Assembly: GCA_038246545.1 (NCBI GenBank)
Contig: JBBRVW010000013.1
Location: forward strand, 6,183 to 70,182
Origin: Actinomycetes bacterium
Lineage (GTDB): Bacteria > Actinomycetota > Actinomycetes > JACCUZ01
Length of the DNA stretch: 64,000 bases
Direction of reading: 5' to 3'
Under the pieces are notes generated by a model. The model was not told where the DNA came from and made no database searches. It was given only the letters and a program-made list of their open reading frames with translations. Both the position numbers and the translations under genes were made by a program. Below are positions 10,514-22,737 of this stretch, one piece after another; the first letter of the stretch is position 1; each line of letters starts with the position of its first letter.

Positions 10514-12736
10514 ATGGATGGACAGTCCGTCCACACCGCCGACGCCGTCATCGACAACGGCACCTTCGGCACCCGCACGGTCCGGTTCGAGACCGGCCGG
10601 TTCGCCCGGCAGGCTGCCGGCTCCGTCACCGCCTACCTCGACGACGACACGATGCTGCTGTCGGCCACCACGGCCGGCAAGCACCCCAAGGAGAACCTCG
10701 ACTTCTTCCCCCTGACGGTCGACGTCGAGGAGCGGATGTACGCCGCGGGCCGTATCCCCGGCTCGTTCTTCCGCCGCGAGGGCCGGCCCAGCGAGGACGC
10801 GATCCTCACCTGCCGCCTCATCGACCGGCCGCTGCGCCCGACGTTCGCCAAGGGTCTGCGCAACGAGGTCCAGGTCGTCATCACCGTCATGGCGCTGGAC
10901 CCCAAGGACATGTACGACGTCGTGGCGATCAACGCCGCGTCGGCGAGCACCCAGCTCTCCGGCCTGCCGTTCAGCGGCCCGGTGGGCGCCACCCGCGTCG
11001 CACTGATCGACGACCAGTGGGTAGCCTTCCCGACCCACGAGCAGCTCGAGTCGGCCGTGTTCGACATGGTCGTCGCCGGCCGGATCGCCGGTGACGATGT
11101 CGCGATCATGATGGTCGAGGCCGAGGCCACCATGGCCGCCTGGCACCTCATCAAGGACGGCGGCAAGACTGCTCCCACCGAGGAGATCGTCGCTCAGGGC
11201 CTCGAGGCCGCGAAGCCGTTCATCAAGTCACTCTGCGAGGCGCAGCAGCAGCTCGCCGCGGCCGCTGCCAAGCCGACTGCCGAGTTCCCCCGCTTCCTCG
11301 ACTACCAGGACGACGTGCTGCAGGCCGTCACCGATCTGGTCCAGGACGAGCTCGGTCAGGCCCTGACGATCGCCGCCAAGCAGGAGCGCGAGACCGAGAT
11401 CGACCGGATCAAGGGCTCTGCCAAGGAGAAGCTGGCCGGCCAGTTCGAGGGGCGCGAGAAGGAGATCAGCGCGGCCTACCGCTCGGTCACCAAGTCGCTC
11501 GTGCGCCGCCGGATCCTCAAGGACAAGGTCCGCATCGACGGCCGTGGGCTGTCCGACATCCGCACGCTCTCGGCCGAGGTCGAGGTGCTCCCGCGGGTTC
11601 ACGGCTCGGCGCTGTTCGAGCGCGGTGAGACCCAGATCCTCGGTGTGACGACGCTCAACATGCTCCGGATGGAGCAGATGATCGACACGCTCAACCCCGA
11701 GAACCGCAAGCGCTACATGCACAACTACAACTTCCCGCCCTACTCGACCGGTGAGACCGGCCGGGTGGGCTCGCCCAAGCGGCGCGAGATCGGCCACGGC
11801 GCGCTCGCCGAGCGGGCGATCCTGCCGGTGCTGCCGGCCCGCGAGGAGTTCCCCTACGCGATCCGTCAGGTGTCCGAGGCGCTCGGCTCCAACGGCTCCA
11901 CCTCGATGGGCTCGGTCTGCGCGTCGACCATGTCTCTGCTGCAGGCGGGTGTCCCGCTGCGGGCGGCCGTCGCCGGCATCGCCATGGGCCTGATCTCCGA
12001 CACCGTCGACGGTCAGACCGAGTACGCGGCCCTCACCGACATCCTCGGCGCCGAGGACGCGTTCGGCGACATGGACTTCAAGGTCGCCGGCACCCGCGAG
12101 TTCGTCACTGCCATCCAGCTGGACACCAAGCTCGACGGCATCCCGGCCTCGGTGCTCGCCTCGGCGCTCACCCAGGCCAAGGAGGCCCGGCTGCACATCC
12201 TCGACGTCATGAACGAGGCGATCGACGCCCCGGACGAGATGTCGCCGTACGCGCCGCGGATCATCACCATCAAGATCCCGGTGGACCAGATCGGTGCGGT
12301 CATCGGCCCCAAGGGCAAGATGATCAACCAGATCCAGGACGAGACCGGCGCCGACATCACCATCGAGGACGACGGCACCATCTACATCGGTGCCACCGAC
12401 GGCCCCAAGGCCGAGGCCGCCCGCACGATGATCAACGGCATCGCGAACCCCACGATGCCCGAGGTCGGCGAGCGCTACCTGGGCACCGTCGTCAAGACCA
12501 CGACGTTCGGTGCCTTCGTGTCGCTGATGCCGGGTCGCGACGGTCTCCTGCACATCTCGAAGCTGCGGGCCCTGGCCGGCGGCAAGCGGGTCGACAACGT
12601 CGATGACGTCGTCAAGGTCGGTGACAAGGTCCAGGTGCAGATCGCCGAGGTCGACTCGCGCGGCAAGCTGTCCCTGATCCCGGTCGAGGCCGAGGGCGCG
12701 CAGGCTCCCGACGCCGACGCGCCGGCCGAGGTCTAG
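10514..12736 (+). CDS. pnp: Polyribonucleotide nucleotidyltransferase (PNPase)
   Basis: ATG 10514 preceded by GGAGACC. Full PNPase architecture (two RNase PH domains, KH, S1). Confidence 0.95.
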   Translation: MDGQSVHTADAVIDNGTFGTRTVRFETGRFARQAAGSVTAYLDDDTMLLSATTAGKHPKENLDFFPLTVDVEERMYAAGRIPGSFFRREGRPSEDAILTCRLIDRPLRPTFAKGLRNEVQVVITVMALDPKDMYDVVAINAASASTQLSGLPFSGPVGATRVALIDDQWVAFPTHEQLESAVFDMVVAGRIAGDDVAIMMVEAEATMAAWHLIKDGGKTAPTEEIVAQGLEAAKPFIKSLCEAQQQLAAAAAKPTAEFPRFLDYQDDVLQAVTDLVQDELGQALTIAAKQERETEIDRIKGSAKEKLAGQFEGREKEISAAYRSVTKSLVRRRILKDKVRIDGRGLSDIRTLSAEVEVLPRVHGSALFERGETQILGVTTLNMLRMEQMIDTLNPENRKRYMHNYNFPPYSTGETGRVGSPKRREIGHGALAERAILPVLPAREEFPYAIRQVSEALGSNGSTSMGSVCASTMSLLQAGVPLRAAVAGIAMGLISDTVDGQTEYAALTDILGAEDAFGDMDFKVAGTREFVTAIQLDTKLDGIPASVLASALTQAKEARLHILDVMNEAIDAPDEMSPYAPRIITIKIPVDQIGAVIGPKGKMINQIQDETGADITIEDDGTIYIGATDGPKAEAARTMINGIANPTMPEVGERYLGTVVKTTTFGAFVSLMPGRDGLLHISKLRALAGGKRVDNVDDVVKVGDKVQVQIAEVDSRGKLSLIPVEAEGAQAPDADAPAEV

Positions 12737-12741
12737 ACACC

Positions 12742-14813
<2,072 letters not shown>

Positions 14814-14820
14814 ACCTGGG

Positions 14821-15126
14821 TCACGACGTCAGCAGCCGGAGCACGGCAGCGGTGGCGGCGGCGGCTGCGACCACCACGATGAACGGCGCGCGCAGCAGCA
14901 GGGCGACGACGGCGACGGTCACACCGGCCAGCCGGGCGTCGACGTGCAGGCGCTCGCCGACCGCGAGCGTCTGCACCGCGGCCAGTGCTGCGAGCAGTGC
15001 CACCGGTAGCAACGCGAGGACCCGGGCGACCCGCTCGTCCTCGAGCCAGCGCTCGGGCACCAGCAACCCGGCCAGCTTGAGCAGGTAGCACCCGGCGGCG
15101 GTGGCCAGCACGGCGGCCCAGGTCAC
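14821..15126 (-). CDS. azlD: Branched-chain amino acid transport protein AzlD
   Basis: About 101-aa hydrophobic AzlD-like C-terminal part of ORF 14821..15399. GTG start at 15126..15124 overlaps the azlC stop (GTGA). Confidence 0.65.
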   Translation of the reverse strand: MTWAAVLATAAGCYLLKLAGLLVPERWLEDERVARVLALLPVALLAALAAVQTLAVGERLHVDARLAGVTVAVVALLLRAPFIVVVAAAAATAAVLRLLTS

Positions 15127-15848
15127 GACGCCGCCCGCGGCGGGCGAGCTCGCCGCACGAGCACGGCCACCACCGGAACCAGTGCGGCCACCAGCACCGG
15201 GATCCCGGCCGGCACGAGCGGCACCACCGCCACTGCGACCAGCGCGGCCACCAGGGCGGTGGCCCAGGCCGGGCGGCGGTCGAGGCGCGACGCGAGCAGG
15301 GCGAGGAAGGCCGCCGGCGCCGCGGCGTCGAGGCCGTAGGTGCGTGGGTCGCCCACCGCGTTGCCCGCTACGGCGCCGACCAGGGTCGCCGCGTTCCACA
15401 GCACGAACAGCAGCAGGCCCGTCGTCCAGAAGCCGAACCGCGCGGCCCGGGTGCCCAGCCCGCCGCCGGCGGTCTCGCCGGCGAGCGCCATGGCGGTGGT
15501 CTCGTCGATCACCAGCTGGGCGCCGACCAGGCGGCGCAGCCCGCGGAGCCGGAGGAGCGGCGCCATGCGCACGCCGTAGACCATGTTGCGGCTGCCGAGC
15601 AGGACGGCCGACGCCGTGCCGGAGACCGCGCTGCCGCCGCCACCCAGGACCCCGATGAGGGCGAACTGGGAGCCGCCGGTGAACACGAGCACCGACATGG
15701 CGCAGGTCTGGACCACGGAGAGGCCGGCGGCGGTGCCGAGGGCGCCGACGGAGAGGCCGTACGCGCCACTGGCGACGGCGATGGACAGGCCGGTCCGGAC
15801 GAGACGTCCCCGGACCTCCTCCCAGCCGGTCCCCGAGTCCGTGCTCAC
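15123..15848 (-). CDS. azlC: AzlC family branched-chain amino acid permease
   Basis: 241-aa polytopic protein. GTG 15848..15846 overlaps the upstream GNAT stop (GTGA). Confidence 0.7.
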   Translation of the reverse strand: MSTDSGTGWEEVRGRLVRTGLSIAVASGAYGLSVGALGTAAGLSVVQTCAMSVLVFTGGSQFALIGVLGGGGSAVSGTASAVLLGSRNMVYGVRMAPLLRLRGLRRLVGAQLVIDETTAMALAGETAGGGLGTRAARFGFWTTGLLLFVLWNAATLVGAVAGNAVGDPRTYGLDAAAPAAFLALLASRLDRRPAWATALVAALVAVAVVPLVPAGIPVLVAALVPVVAVLVRRARPPRAAS

Positions 15849-16399
15849 GGGTCGACGAGGGCCGTCCGCAGCCGGGACTGCTGGACCAGGACCGCGTCGT
15901 CGCCGAGCAGGTCGAGGCTGCGCGTGGCGCCGTCCGCCGCCCACCCTGAGCCGACGAGGAACGCGCGCAGGTCGGCCTCGTCGTCGGCGAGCCAGGAGTG
16001 CAGGTGCCGGACGCCGTCGATCCGCGCCAGGTCGGCGACGGCGTTCACCAGGCGGCTCCCGTGGCCGGCGCCGGTGTCCGACGGGTCGACGCACAGCACC
16101 AGCAGCTCGCCGTCCAACGACGGGATGGTGTCCGGGTCCGACGCGGGGGCGAGGGCGGCGAACCCGACGACCCGCTCCCCGGCGAGCGCGGTGAGCACCC
16201 GGTGCCGTGGGGACGGTGGCTCCGTGACCGCCGAACGCCACTGGGCGGCGGCGCCCTCCGAGCCCACGACCTCGAGCACCTCGGCCGGGAGCCGGTCGGC
16301 GTGGACGCGGGCCCAGACCGCGGCCTGGATGCGGGCCAGGGCGGGAGCGTCGTCGTCCGTCGCGGGTCGCACGCTCGCATCGGCCACGCGGCCGATCAT
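15845..16399 (-). CDS. GNAT family N-acetyltransferase
   Basis: ATG at 16399..16397. Acetyl-CoA-binding-like motif (...VGFAALAP...LLVLCVDPSDTGAGHGSRLV...). Confidence 0.6.
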   Translation of the reverse strand: MIGRVADASVRPATDDDAPALARIQAAVWARVHADRLPAEVLEVVGSEGAAAQWRSAVTEPPSPRHRVLTALAGERVVGFAALAPASDPDTIPSLDGELLVLCVDPSDTGAGHGSRLVNAVADLARIDGVRHLHSWLADDEADLRAFLVGSGWAADGATRSLDLLGDDAVLVQQSRLRTALVDP

Positions 16400-16881
16400 C
16401 GCACTCAGCGCGCGGCGGTCCCGCCCAGGCCCCACGACCACTGCACTGACACGACCTGCCGGTTGCCGACCTCGAACAGCAGCCGGTGACGGACGTCTTC
16501 GCCCGCCCGGCCAGTCGTCACCAGGCGTTGGTGTCCCACTGTTCCCGCCAACCAGACGGACCGCGACCCCGCCCACCCCAGGGCGGTGAACGCGTCTGGT
16601 GGTCGCGTCACGTCGATGACGGACCCGTCGGGGATGCCCACCCGGAAAGGCCGCTGGACCGGCTCCAGGATCCTCGCCCGGTGAGGAGCCGTCGGGCGGC
16701 GGTGAGGCTGGTGTGGTGGTCCATGGTCGTCTCCTTCGCCGATCGTTCGGCGGTGGCTTCGGGCAACGGACGGACGTCCGCCCCAGAAGACGCGACCAGT
16801 GAGCGGCATGGTTGCCTGGGGGCCGCTCGGGTGCCGGGCACGACGCCGACAGCCGTCCGCGACGCCGATAGTCTTCGTGTC

Positions 16882-17358
16882 GTGTCCACCACGTATGTCG
16901 CCAGCCTCGGCGCCGTGGTCGTGACGCTGGTCGGGCTGCGGCTGCTGCTCAGACGCCACCTCCCACGGCTGGCCAGGCCCATGAGCGTCGTCGGCGCAGC
17001 GGTCGGACTCGTCGGCGTAGCCGGACTGGCCTTCCACTGCGGCGCGATGTTCTTCCCCCTGCTGGTGCGTCACCTGCCCGGCGCGACCAGCGTGATGCCC
17101 GACATCCGCGCCCTCGGGCTCGCCAGCGTGGTCTGGTACGTCGTCCCGTGCCTGCTGGTGCTGGTGGCGCTGCGTCGGCAGCACCCGGCCGTCCTGGTCG
17201 TCCTGGTGTCCGTACTGGCCGCGGTCGGCGTGACCATGTACGACGGCGGTCGCCTCGACCTGCACCTCACCGCGATCTTCGCGGCCGTGGTCGCGCTGTC
17301 CTCGACCGTGACCGGGCTCGTCGTCGCACCCAGCCGGGATGTCGCGGCCCGAAGCTGA
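16882..17358 (+). CDS. Hypothetical small membrane protein (start uncertain)
   Basis: C-terminal part of ORF 16486..17358 has four hydrophobic helices. The upstream part is Arg/Pro-rich and a minus-strand alternative exists. Confidence 0.35.
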   Translation: MSTTYVASLGAVVVTLVGLRLLLRRHLPRLARPMSVVGAAVGLVGVAGLAFHCGAMFFPLLVRHLPGATSVMPDIRALGLASVVWYVVPCLLVLVALRRQHPAVLVVLVSVLAAVGVTMYDGGRLDLHLTAIFAAVVALSSTVTGLVVAPSRDVAARS

Positions 17359-17381
17359 CCCGGCGACCCTACGATCGGGTC

Positions 17382-18182
17382 GTGCCCATCGACACCCAGT
17401 ACGAGGACCTCCTGCGGCACGTGCTGGAGCACGGCTCCAGCCGGCCGGACCGCACCGGCACCGGGTCGCGCAGCGTCTTCGGCCACCAGATGCGCTACGA
17501 CCTCTCGCGCGGGTTCCCGCTGATCACGACCAAGCGGGTGCACTTCCGCTCGATCGCCTACGAGCTGCTCTGGTTCCTTCGGGGCGACGGCAACGCCCGC
17601 TGGCTGCAGGACCGCAAGGTCACCATCTGGGACGAGTGGGCGGCGCCCGACGGCGACCTCGGCCCGGTCTACGGCGTGCAGTGGCGGTCGTGGCCGACCC
17701 CCGACGGCGGCCACGTCGACCAGATGAGCGCCGTGCTCGACCAGCTCCGCACCGACCCGACGTCCCGGCGGATGATCGTCTCGGCCTGGAACGTCGCCGA
17801 GCTCGGCGACATGGCGCTGCCGCCGTGCCACCTGCTCTTCCAGTTCTACGTGGCCGACGGCCGGCTGTCCTGCCAGCTCTACCAGCGCAGCGCCGACCTC
17901 TTCCTCGGCGTCCCGTTCAACATCGCGAGCTACGCCCTGCTGCTGCACATGGTGGCCCAGCAGGTCGGGCTCGAGCCGGGCGACTTCGTCTGGACGGGTG
18001 GCGACTGCCACATCTACGACAACCACGTCGAGCAGGTCCGCGAGCAGCTGTCGCGCGGGGCCCACCCGTTCCCCGAGCTGCGCCTGAAGCCGGCCGCGAC
18101 GCTGTACGAGCACGAGTTCGAGGACTTCGAGGTCGTCGGCTACCAGCACCACCCCGCGCTGCGCGCCCCGGTCGCGGTGTGA
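17382..18182 (+). CDS. thyA: Thymidylate synthase
   Basis: GTG 17382 in frame with ORF 17148..18182. Classic ThyA motifs (...[12 protein letters not shown]..., ...[19 protein letters not shown]...). Confidence 0.9.
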   Translation: MPIDTQYEDLLRHVLEHGSSRPDRTGTGSRSVFGHQMRYDLSRGFPLITTKRVHFRSIAYELLWFLRGDGNARWLQDRKVTIWDEWAAPDGDLGPVYGVQWRSWPTPDGGHVDQMSAVLDQLRTDPTSRRMIVSAWNVAELGDMALPPCHLLFQFYVADGRLSCQLYQRSADLFLGVPFNIASYALLLHMVAQQVGLEPGDFVWTGGDCHIYDNHVEQVREQLSRGAHPFPELRLKPAATLYEHEFEDFEVVGYQHHPALRAPVAV

Positions 18183-18201
18183 CCCGGTCGCACCTGCGGC
18201 C

Positions 18202-18696
18202 GTGATCGGCCTGGTCTGGGCACAGGCGGCCAACGGCGTCATCGGCCGCGACGGTGCGTTGCCCTGGCGGCTGCCCGAGGACCTGGCGCGGTTCAAGCGG
18301 CTGACCACCGGGGCGACCGTCGTGATGGGCCGTGCGACCTGGGACTCATTACCGTCGCAGGTCCGGCCGCTGCCCGGGAGGCGCAACGTCGTCCTGACCC
18401 GCGACCTCTCCTGGTCGGCGGTGGGCGCCGTCGTCGCACGATCCCTGGCCGAGGCCCTCGGGGGAGCCGACGACGTGTGGGTGATGGGCGGCGCGCAGGT
18501 CTACCGGGAGGCGCTGCCCAGCGCCGACGTCCTCGTCGTGACCGAGCTGGCCAGCCCGTTCGAGGGCGACCGCACCGCACCGGTGATCGGCCCGGAGTGG
18601 GTGCGCGTGGAGTCCGACCCGCCGGTCGGCTTCCACCTCTCCGCGTCCGGCCTGGGCTACCGCGTCGTCACCTGGCGTCACCACTCACCCGAGTGA
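18202..18696 (+). CDS. folA: Dihydrofolate reductase
   Basis: DHFR sequence (MIGLVWAQAANGVIGRDGALPWRLPEDLARFKRLT...). thyA-folA pair. Confidence 0.9.
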   Translation: MIGLVWAQAANGVIGRDGALPWRLPEDLARFKRLTTGATVVMGRATWDSLPSQVRPLPGRRNVVLTRDLSWSAVGAVVARSLAEALGGADDVWVMGGAQVYREALPSADVLVVTELASPFEGDRTAPVIGPEWVRVESDPPVGFHLSASGLGYRVVTWRHHSPE

Positions 18697-18848
18697 CCAG
18701 ACCTGTCGGCTGATGCGGTCGCACCAGCCAGGTTGCAGCCTGTAACGCCGTCCGGCCGCCCGCCGATACGTGGATCGAGTCCCGTCGCTGCCCGATCCCC
18801 CGAGCGGGTGGCGGCGGGGCTCCCTGCTGTCCGGAGTAGTTTGGCCCC

Positions 18849-19745
18849 ATGCCGAGCACAGCCGCGGCGACGGCCTTCGGGCGCGTCCTCACCGCTATGG
18901 TCACCCCGTTCCGCGCCGACGGATCGCTCGACCTGGACGCCGCCCAGCGGCTCGCCAGCCATCTCGTCGACCAGGGTCATGACGGGCTGGTCATCAGCGG
19001 CACGACCGGCGAGTCGCCCACGACCAGCGACGAGGAGAAGGAGCGGCTGCTCCGCGCCGTCCTCGAGGCTGTCGGCGACCGGGCCCGGGTGGTGGCCGGC
19101 TCCGGCACCAACGACACCCACCACACGATCGAGCTCTCCCGGGCCGCCGAGAAGGCCGGTGCGCACGGGCTGCTCATCGTCACGCCCTACTACAACAAGC
19201 CGCCGCAGGAGGCCCTCGTGCGGCACTTCGTCGCGGCGGCCGACGCCGTCGAGCTGCCGGTCATGCTCTACGACATCCCCGGCCGCACGGGGACGCCGAT
19301 CGAGCACGACTCCCTGCTGCGGCTCGCCGAGCACGAACGGATCCTCGCCGTGAAGGACGCCAAGGGCGACCTGTTCGAGGGGTCACGGGTGATGGCGGCG
19401 ACCGACCTCGCCTACTACTCCGGCGACGACCCGATGAACCTCGCCTGGCTCACGCACGGGGCCGCCGGTGTCGTCTCCGTGGTCGGCCACGTCCACGGCA
19501 GCGACTACGCGGCGATGGTCGCTGCGGTCGACGACGGCGACCTGTCGGGCGCGCTCGCGATCCACCGGCGGCTGATCCCCGCCGTCCGCGCGATCATGGA
19601 CCGCTCGTCGCAAGGAGCGATCCGGGCGAAGGCGGCGCTCCAGCTGGCCGGCGTCATCGCGCACCGCACCGTGCGGGCGCCGCTGATCGACGCCACCGAC
19701 GACGAGGTGGCCCGGCTGCGCGAGGCGCTCGGGACCGTCGCGTGA
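18849..19745 (+). CDS. dapA: 4-hydroxy-tetrahydrodipicolinate synthase
   Basis: DapA sequence (...TAMVTPF..., ...GTTGES...). Confidence 0.9.
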   Translation: MPSTAAATAFGRVLTAMVTPFRADGSLDLDAAQRLASHLVDQGHDGLVISGTTGESPTTSDEEKERLLRAVLEAVGDRARVVAGSGTNDTHHTIELSRAAEKAGAHGLLIVTPYYNKPPQEALVRHFVAAADAVELPVMLYDIPGRTGTPIEHDSLLRLAEHERILAVKDAKGDLFEGSRVMAATDLAYYSGDDPMNLAWLTHGAAGVVSVVGHVHGSDYAAMVAAVDDGDLSGALAIHRRLIPAVRAIMDRSSQGAIRAKAALQLAGVIAHRTVRAPLIDATDDEVARLREALGTVA

Positions 19746-21427
19746 GCCATCCGCACCCGGAGCTCGGTCCGCCGCCGGACCTGGCCGACGGAGCCTTGCG
19801 CATCGTGGCCCTGGGGGGTCTTGGCGAGGTCGGCCGCAACATGACGGTGTTCGAGTACGCCGGGCGGCTGCTCATCGTCGACTGCGGGGTGCTGTTCCCC
19901 GAGGACTTCCAGCCCGGCGTCGACCTGATCCTCCCCGACTTCGACCACATCCGCGGCCGGCTCGACCTGGTCGACGGCCTCGTGCTCACCCACGCCCACG
20001 AGGACCACATCGGCGCGGTGCCCTACCTCCTCCGCGAGCGGCCGGACATCCCGCTGATCGGCTCGCGGCTGACGCTGGCGATGGTCGAGGCCAAGCTCCA
20101 GGAGCACCGGATCAAGCCCTACACCCTCGAGGTCAAGGAGGGCGACCGCGAGCAGGTCGGGCCGTTCGGCTGCGAGTTCATCGCCGTGAACCACTCGATC
20201 CCGGACGCGCTCGCCGTCGCCATCCGCACACCCGCCGGTCTCGTCCTGCACACCGGTGACTTCAAGATGGACCAGCTGCCCCTTGACGGCCGCCTCACCG
20301 ACCTGCGCGCCTTCGCCCGTCTCGGCGACGAGGGAGTCGACCTGCTCCTGGCCGACTCCACCAACGCCGAGGTGCCCGGCTTCACCACGCCGGAGCGCCA
20401 GATCACGCCCGTTCTCGACCGGGTGTTCGCGCAGGCCCGCAAGCGGATCATCGTGGCGTCCTTCGCCAGCCACGTGCACCGCGTGCAGCAGGTGCTCGAC
20501 ACCGCCCAGAAGCACGGCCGCAAGGTCGCCTTCGTCGGACGGTCGATGGTCCGCAACATGGGCGTGGCGCGCGACCTCGGCTACCTCGACGTGCCCGGCG
20601 GGCTGATGGTCGACGCCAAGTCCCTCGACGACCTGCCCGAGGACAAGGTGGTGATCGTCTGCACCGGGTCGCAGGGCGAGCCGATGTCGGCACTCTCGCG
20701 GATCGCCAACCGTGACCACGCGATCCGGGTCGGCGAGGGCGACACCGTGATCCTCGCCTCGTCGCTGATCCCGGGCAACGAGAACTCCGTCTTCCGGGTC
20801 GTCAACGGTCTGTCCCGCTGGGGTGCCACCGTGGTGCACAAGTCGAACGCCCTGGTGCACGTCTCGGGTCACGCCTCCGCCGGCGAGCTCCTGTACGTCT
20901 ACAACATCGTCCGGCCGGGCAACGTCATGCCGGTGCACGGCGAGTGGCGCCACCTGCGGGCCAACGCCGACCTCGCCGTGCAGACGGGTGTGCCGCGCGA
21001 GCGCACCGTGCTCGCGGAGGACGGCGTGGTCGTCGACCTGGTCGACGGGCGCGCCAGCATCGTCGGCGCGGTGCCGTGCGGCTACGTCTACGTCGACGGG
21101 TCCAGCGTCGGCGACGTGACCGAGTCCTCGCTCAAGGACCGACGCATCCTGCGGGACGAGGGGTTCATCTCCGTGGTCGTGGTGGTCGACTCCGTCACGG
21201 GCAAGGTGCAGGGCGGTCCCGAGATCCACGCCCGCGGGTTCGCCGAGGACGACAGCGTGTTCGACGACGTACGCGGCAGGATCGAGCAGGCGCTCGAGAA
21301 GGCGGCGTCCGAGGGCATCGGCGACAGCCGCCAGCTCGAGCAGCTGGTGCGCCGCACCGTCGGCAAATGGGTGAGCGACACCTACCGGCGGCGCCCGATG
21401 ATCATCCCGCTCGTCGTCGAGGTCTGA
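19742..21427 (+). CDS. rnj: Ribonuclease J
   Basis: Metallo-beta-lactamase HxHxDH motif (THAHEDHIG) plus beta-CASP and C-terminal domain. GTGA overlap with dapA. Confidence 0.9.
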   Translation: MSHPHPELGPPPDLADGALRIVALGGLGEVGRNMTVFEYAGRLLIVDCGVLFPEDFQPGVDLILPDFDHIRGRLDLVDGLVLTHAHEDHIGAVPYLLRERPDIPLIGSRLTLAMVEAKLQEHRIKPYTLEVKEGDREQVGPFGCEFIAVNHSIPDALAVAIRTPAGLVLHTGDFKMDQLPLDGRLTDLRAFARLGDEGVDLLLADSTNAEVPGFTTPERQITPVLDRVFAQARKRIIVASFASHVHRVQQVLDTAQKHGRKVAFVGRSMVRNMGVARDLGYLDVPGGLMVDAKSLDDLPEDKVVIVCTGSQGEPMSALSRIANRDHAIRVGEGDTVILASSLIPGNENSVFRVVNGLSRWGATVVHKSNALVHVSGHASAGELLYVYNIVRPGNVMPVHGEWRHLRANADLAVQTGVPRERTVLAEDGVVVDLVDGRASIVGAVPCGYVYVDGSSVGDVTESSLKDRRILRDEGFISVVVVVDSVTGKVQGGPEIHARGFAEDDSVFDDVRGRIEQALEKAASEGIGDSRQLEQLVRRTVGKWVSDTYRRRPMIIPLVVEV

Positions 21428-21444
21428 CCCCGACCCCCAGCTTG

Positions 21445-21503
21445 TTGAGTGGCGCGACCTTGCTGCTTCGGGACCGGTGAAGCAGCAGGGTTGCGCCACT
21501 CAA
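21445..21503. repeat. Palindromic REP-like repeat, copy 1 (TTGAGTGGCGCGACCTTGCTGCTTC-GGGACCGGT-GAAGCAGCAGGGTTGCGCCACTCAA)
   Basis: About 25-bp arms with two G.U-compatible mismatches, 9-nt loop. Sits 18 nt after the rnj stop and overlaps the stop of the convergent DUF559 gene. Confidence 0.65.
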
Positions 21504-22492
21504 CGCAGTGCCGCCCTCCGGTAGCGCAGGAGACGCCCGGCGAGGCGGGCGCGACCGTGACCCGTCAGGGTCGAGGACCTGGCCAGCCGCCACCAGAGCG
21601 CGGCCCGCGCCGGGTCGTGCGGCAGGCATCGTGCGTCCTCCGCATCTCGGATGATCATGGCAGGTTGGTGCGCGATCTCAGCGGTCGTGTAGCCGTACCG
21701 GTCGGCGCCGTTCCTCGTCATGGCCTTGTCCCGCCGGAGGTCCCGACCATGGCGCTCCTTGGTCCGGTGCTCGCCGCCGTCGCACTCCGGGTAGCGGTTC
21801 GTCCCGACCAGGTGCAGGTCGGCCCGTGCCAGGAACTGCGGACCGTCCCAGAGCTCCACCTGGCAGTCGACCGGCCCCAGGCCGGTCATGACGTGCATCA
21901 GCCGGAGCACCGACTCCCACCAGGACTCGCTGCGTGGGTCCGCCAGCGCGACGGCCTTCCGCAGGGTCCGGGCGCCTCGGGCCCGCGGCCGCGCGGCGGC
22001 GAGGACGCCGTCGGGAGCGATGCCCGCGGCGAGCGCGCAGTCGACGAGCGGGACCAGGTCCACCAGGCTCAGGTCCTGGGCCAGCTCCAGCAGGGTCTCC
22101 TCCGCGCTGACGACCGGCAGTCCGGCCAGGTCCTCCACCTGGGTGTGGACCGAGCGACGCACGTAGAGCCCCTGACGCTGGACGTGGACGCCACTGGTCG
22201 TGCTCGCGAGCAGCACCGACCCTGCGTGGATCCCGTTGGGCAGCCACCAGCCCCGGAGGGCGGCCGACGTGACGTGCCCGAACCCGCTCTGGCGGGGCAG
22301 GACGCCGGCCACGGCGCGGGCGAGATCGTCGAGTCCCGGTGCGTCGCGCCGTCCGTACAGTCCGTGGGACAGCCGGCGCCACCGCGGATGGCGAAGGGTC
22401 GCCGGCCCGAGCCCGAGCGTGGCGGCGTCCCGCAGCCGGACAGCGACCAGCCCCGGTGGGACCGAGGTGAGGCGAGCTGGCACTCGTCCCAC
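21500..22492 (-). CDS. DUF559 / AbiEi_4-like protein with C-terminal Vsr/PD-(D/E)xK-fold endonuclease-like domain
   Basis: C-terminal 330 aa of ORF 21500..23002. Blocks characteristic of actinobacterial DUF559 proteins (W..LSHGLYGRRDAP; GHVTSAALRGWW; SESWWESVLRL...VELWDG...ADLHLV...YPECDGGEHRTKERHGRDLRRDKAMTRNG). GTG start at 22492 or 22483. Confidence 0.65.
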   Translation of the reverse strand: MGRVPARLTSVPPGLVAVRLRDAATLGLGPATLRHPRWRRLSHGLYGRRDAPGLDDLARAVAGVLPRQSGFGHVTSAALRGWWLPNGIHAGSVLLASTTSGVHVQRQGLYVRRSVHTQVEDLAGLPVVSAEETLLELAQDLSLVDLVPLVDCALAAGIAPDGVLAAARPRARGARTLRKAVALADPRSESWWESVLRLMHVMTGLGPVDCQVELWDGPQFLARADLHLVGTNRYPECDGGEHRTKERHGRDLRRDKAMTRNGADRYGYTTAEIAHQPAMIIRDAEDARCLPHDPARAALWWRLARSSTLTGHGRARLAGRLLRYRRAALR

Positions 22493-22584
22493 GATGAGCC
22501 GTCGAGCCCGGCCGGGCGCGGCGCCGGACAGGTCTGTGGACGGCCCGGCCGGGTGCCCGGTCCTGGGGACGGCGCTGACCCCCG

Positions 22585-22641
22585 TCGAGTGGCGCGACCC
22601 TGCTGCTTCCGGACCGGGGAAGGCGCAAGGTTGCGCCACTC
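22585..22641. repeat. Palindromic REP-like repeat, copy 2 (TCGAGTGGCGCGACCCTGCTGCTTCC-GGACCGGG-GAAGGCGCAAGGTTGCGCCACTC)
   Basis: Same terminal GAGTGGCGCGA...GCGCCACTC signature as copy 1. Lies in the divergent region between the DUF559 start and the ftsK start. Confidence 0.6.
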
Positions 22642-22737
22642 CTGAGGGCTGGTGGGGGAGGACGGGCGCGGCGACACGCGGAGACTGGTACGGCTGTGAC
22701 CTGTGGTGCAGGGGTGACTGACAGGTAGCCTCGCGGC

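Noticed and set aside
19505-21499. 664-aa minus-strand ORF antisense to rnj
   Set aside because: Shadow ORF. rnj homology is unambiguous on the plus strand.
21449-22645. 398-aa plus-strand ORF running from REP copy 1 to REP copy 2
   Set aside because: It starts and ends inside the palindromes and is antisense to the DUF559 gene, which carries the recognisable domain. Compositionally shadow-like.
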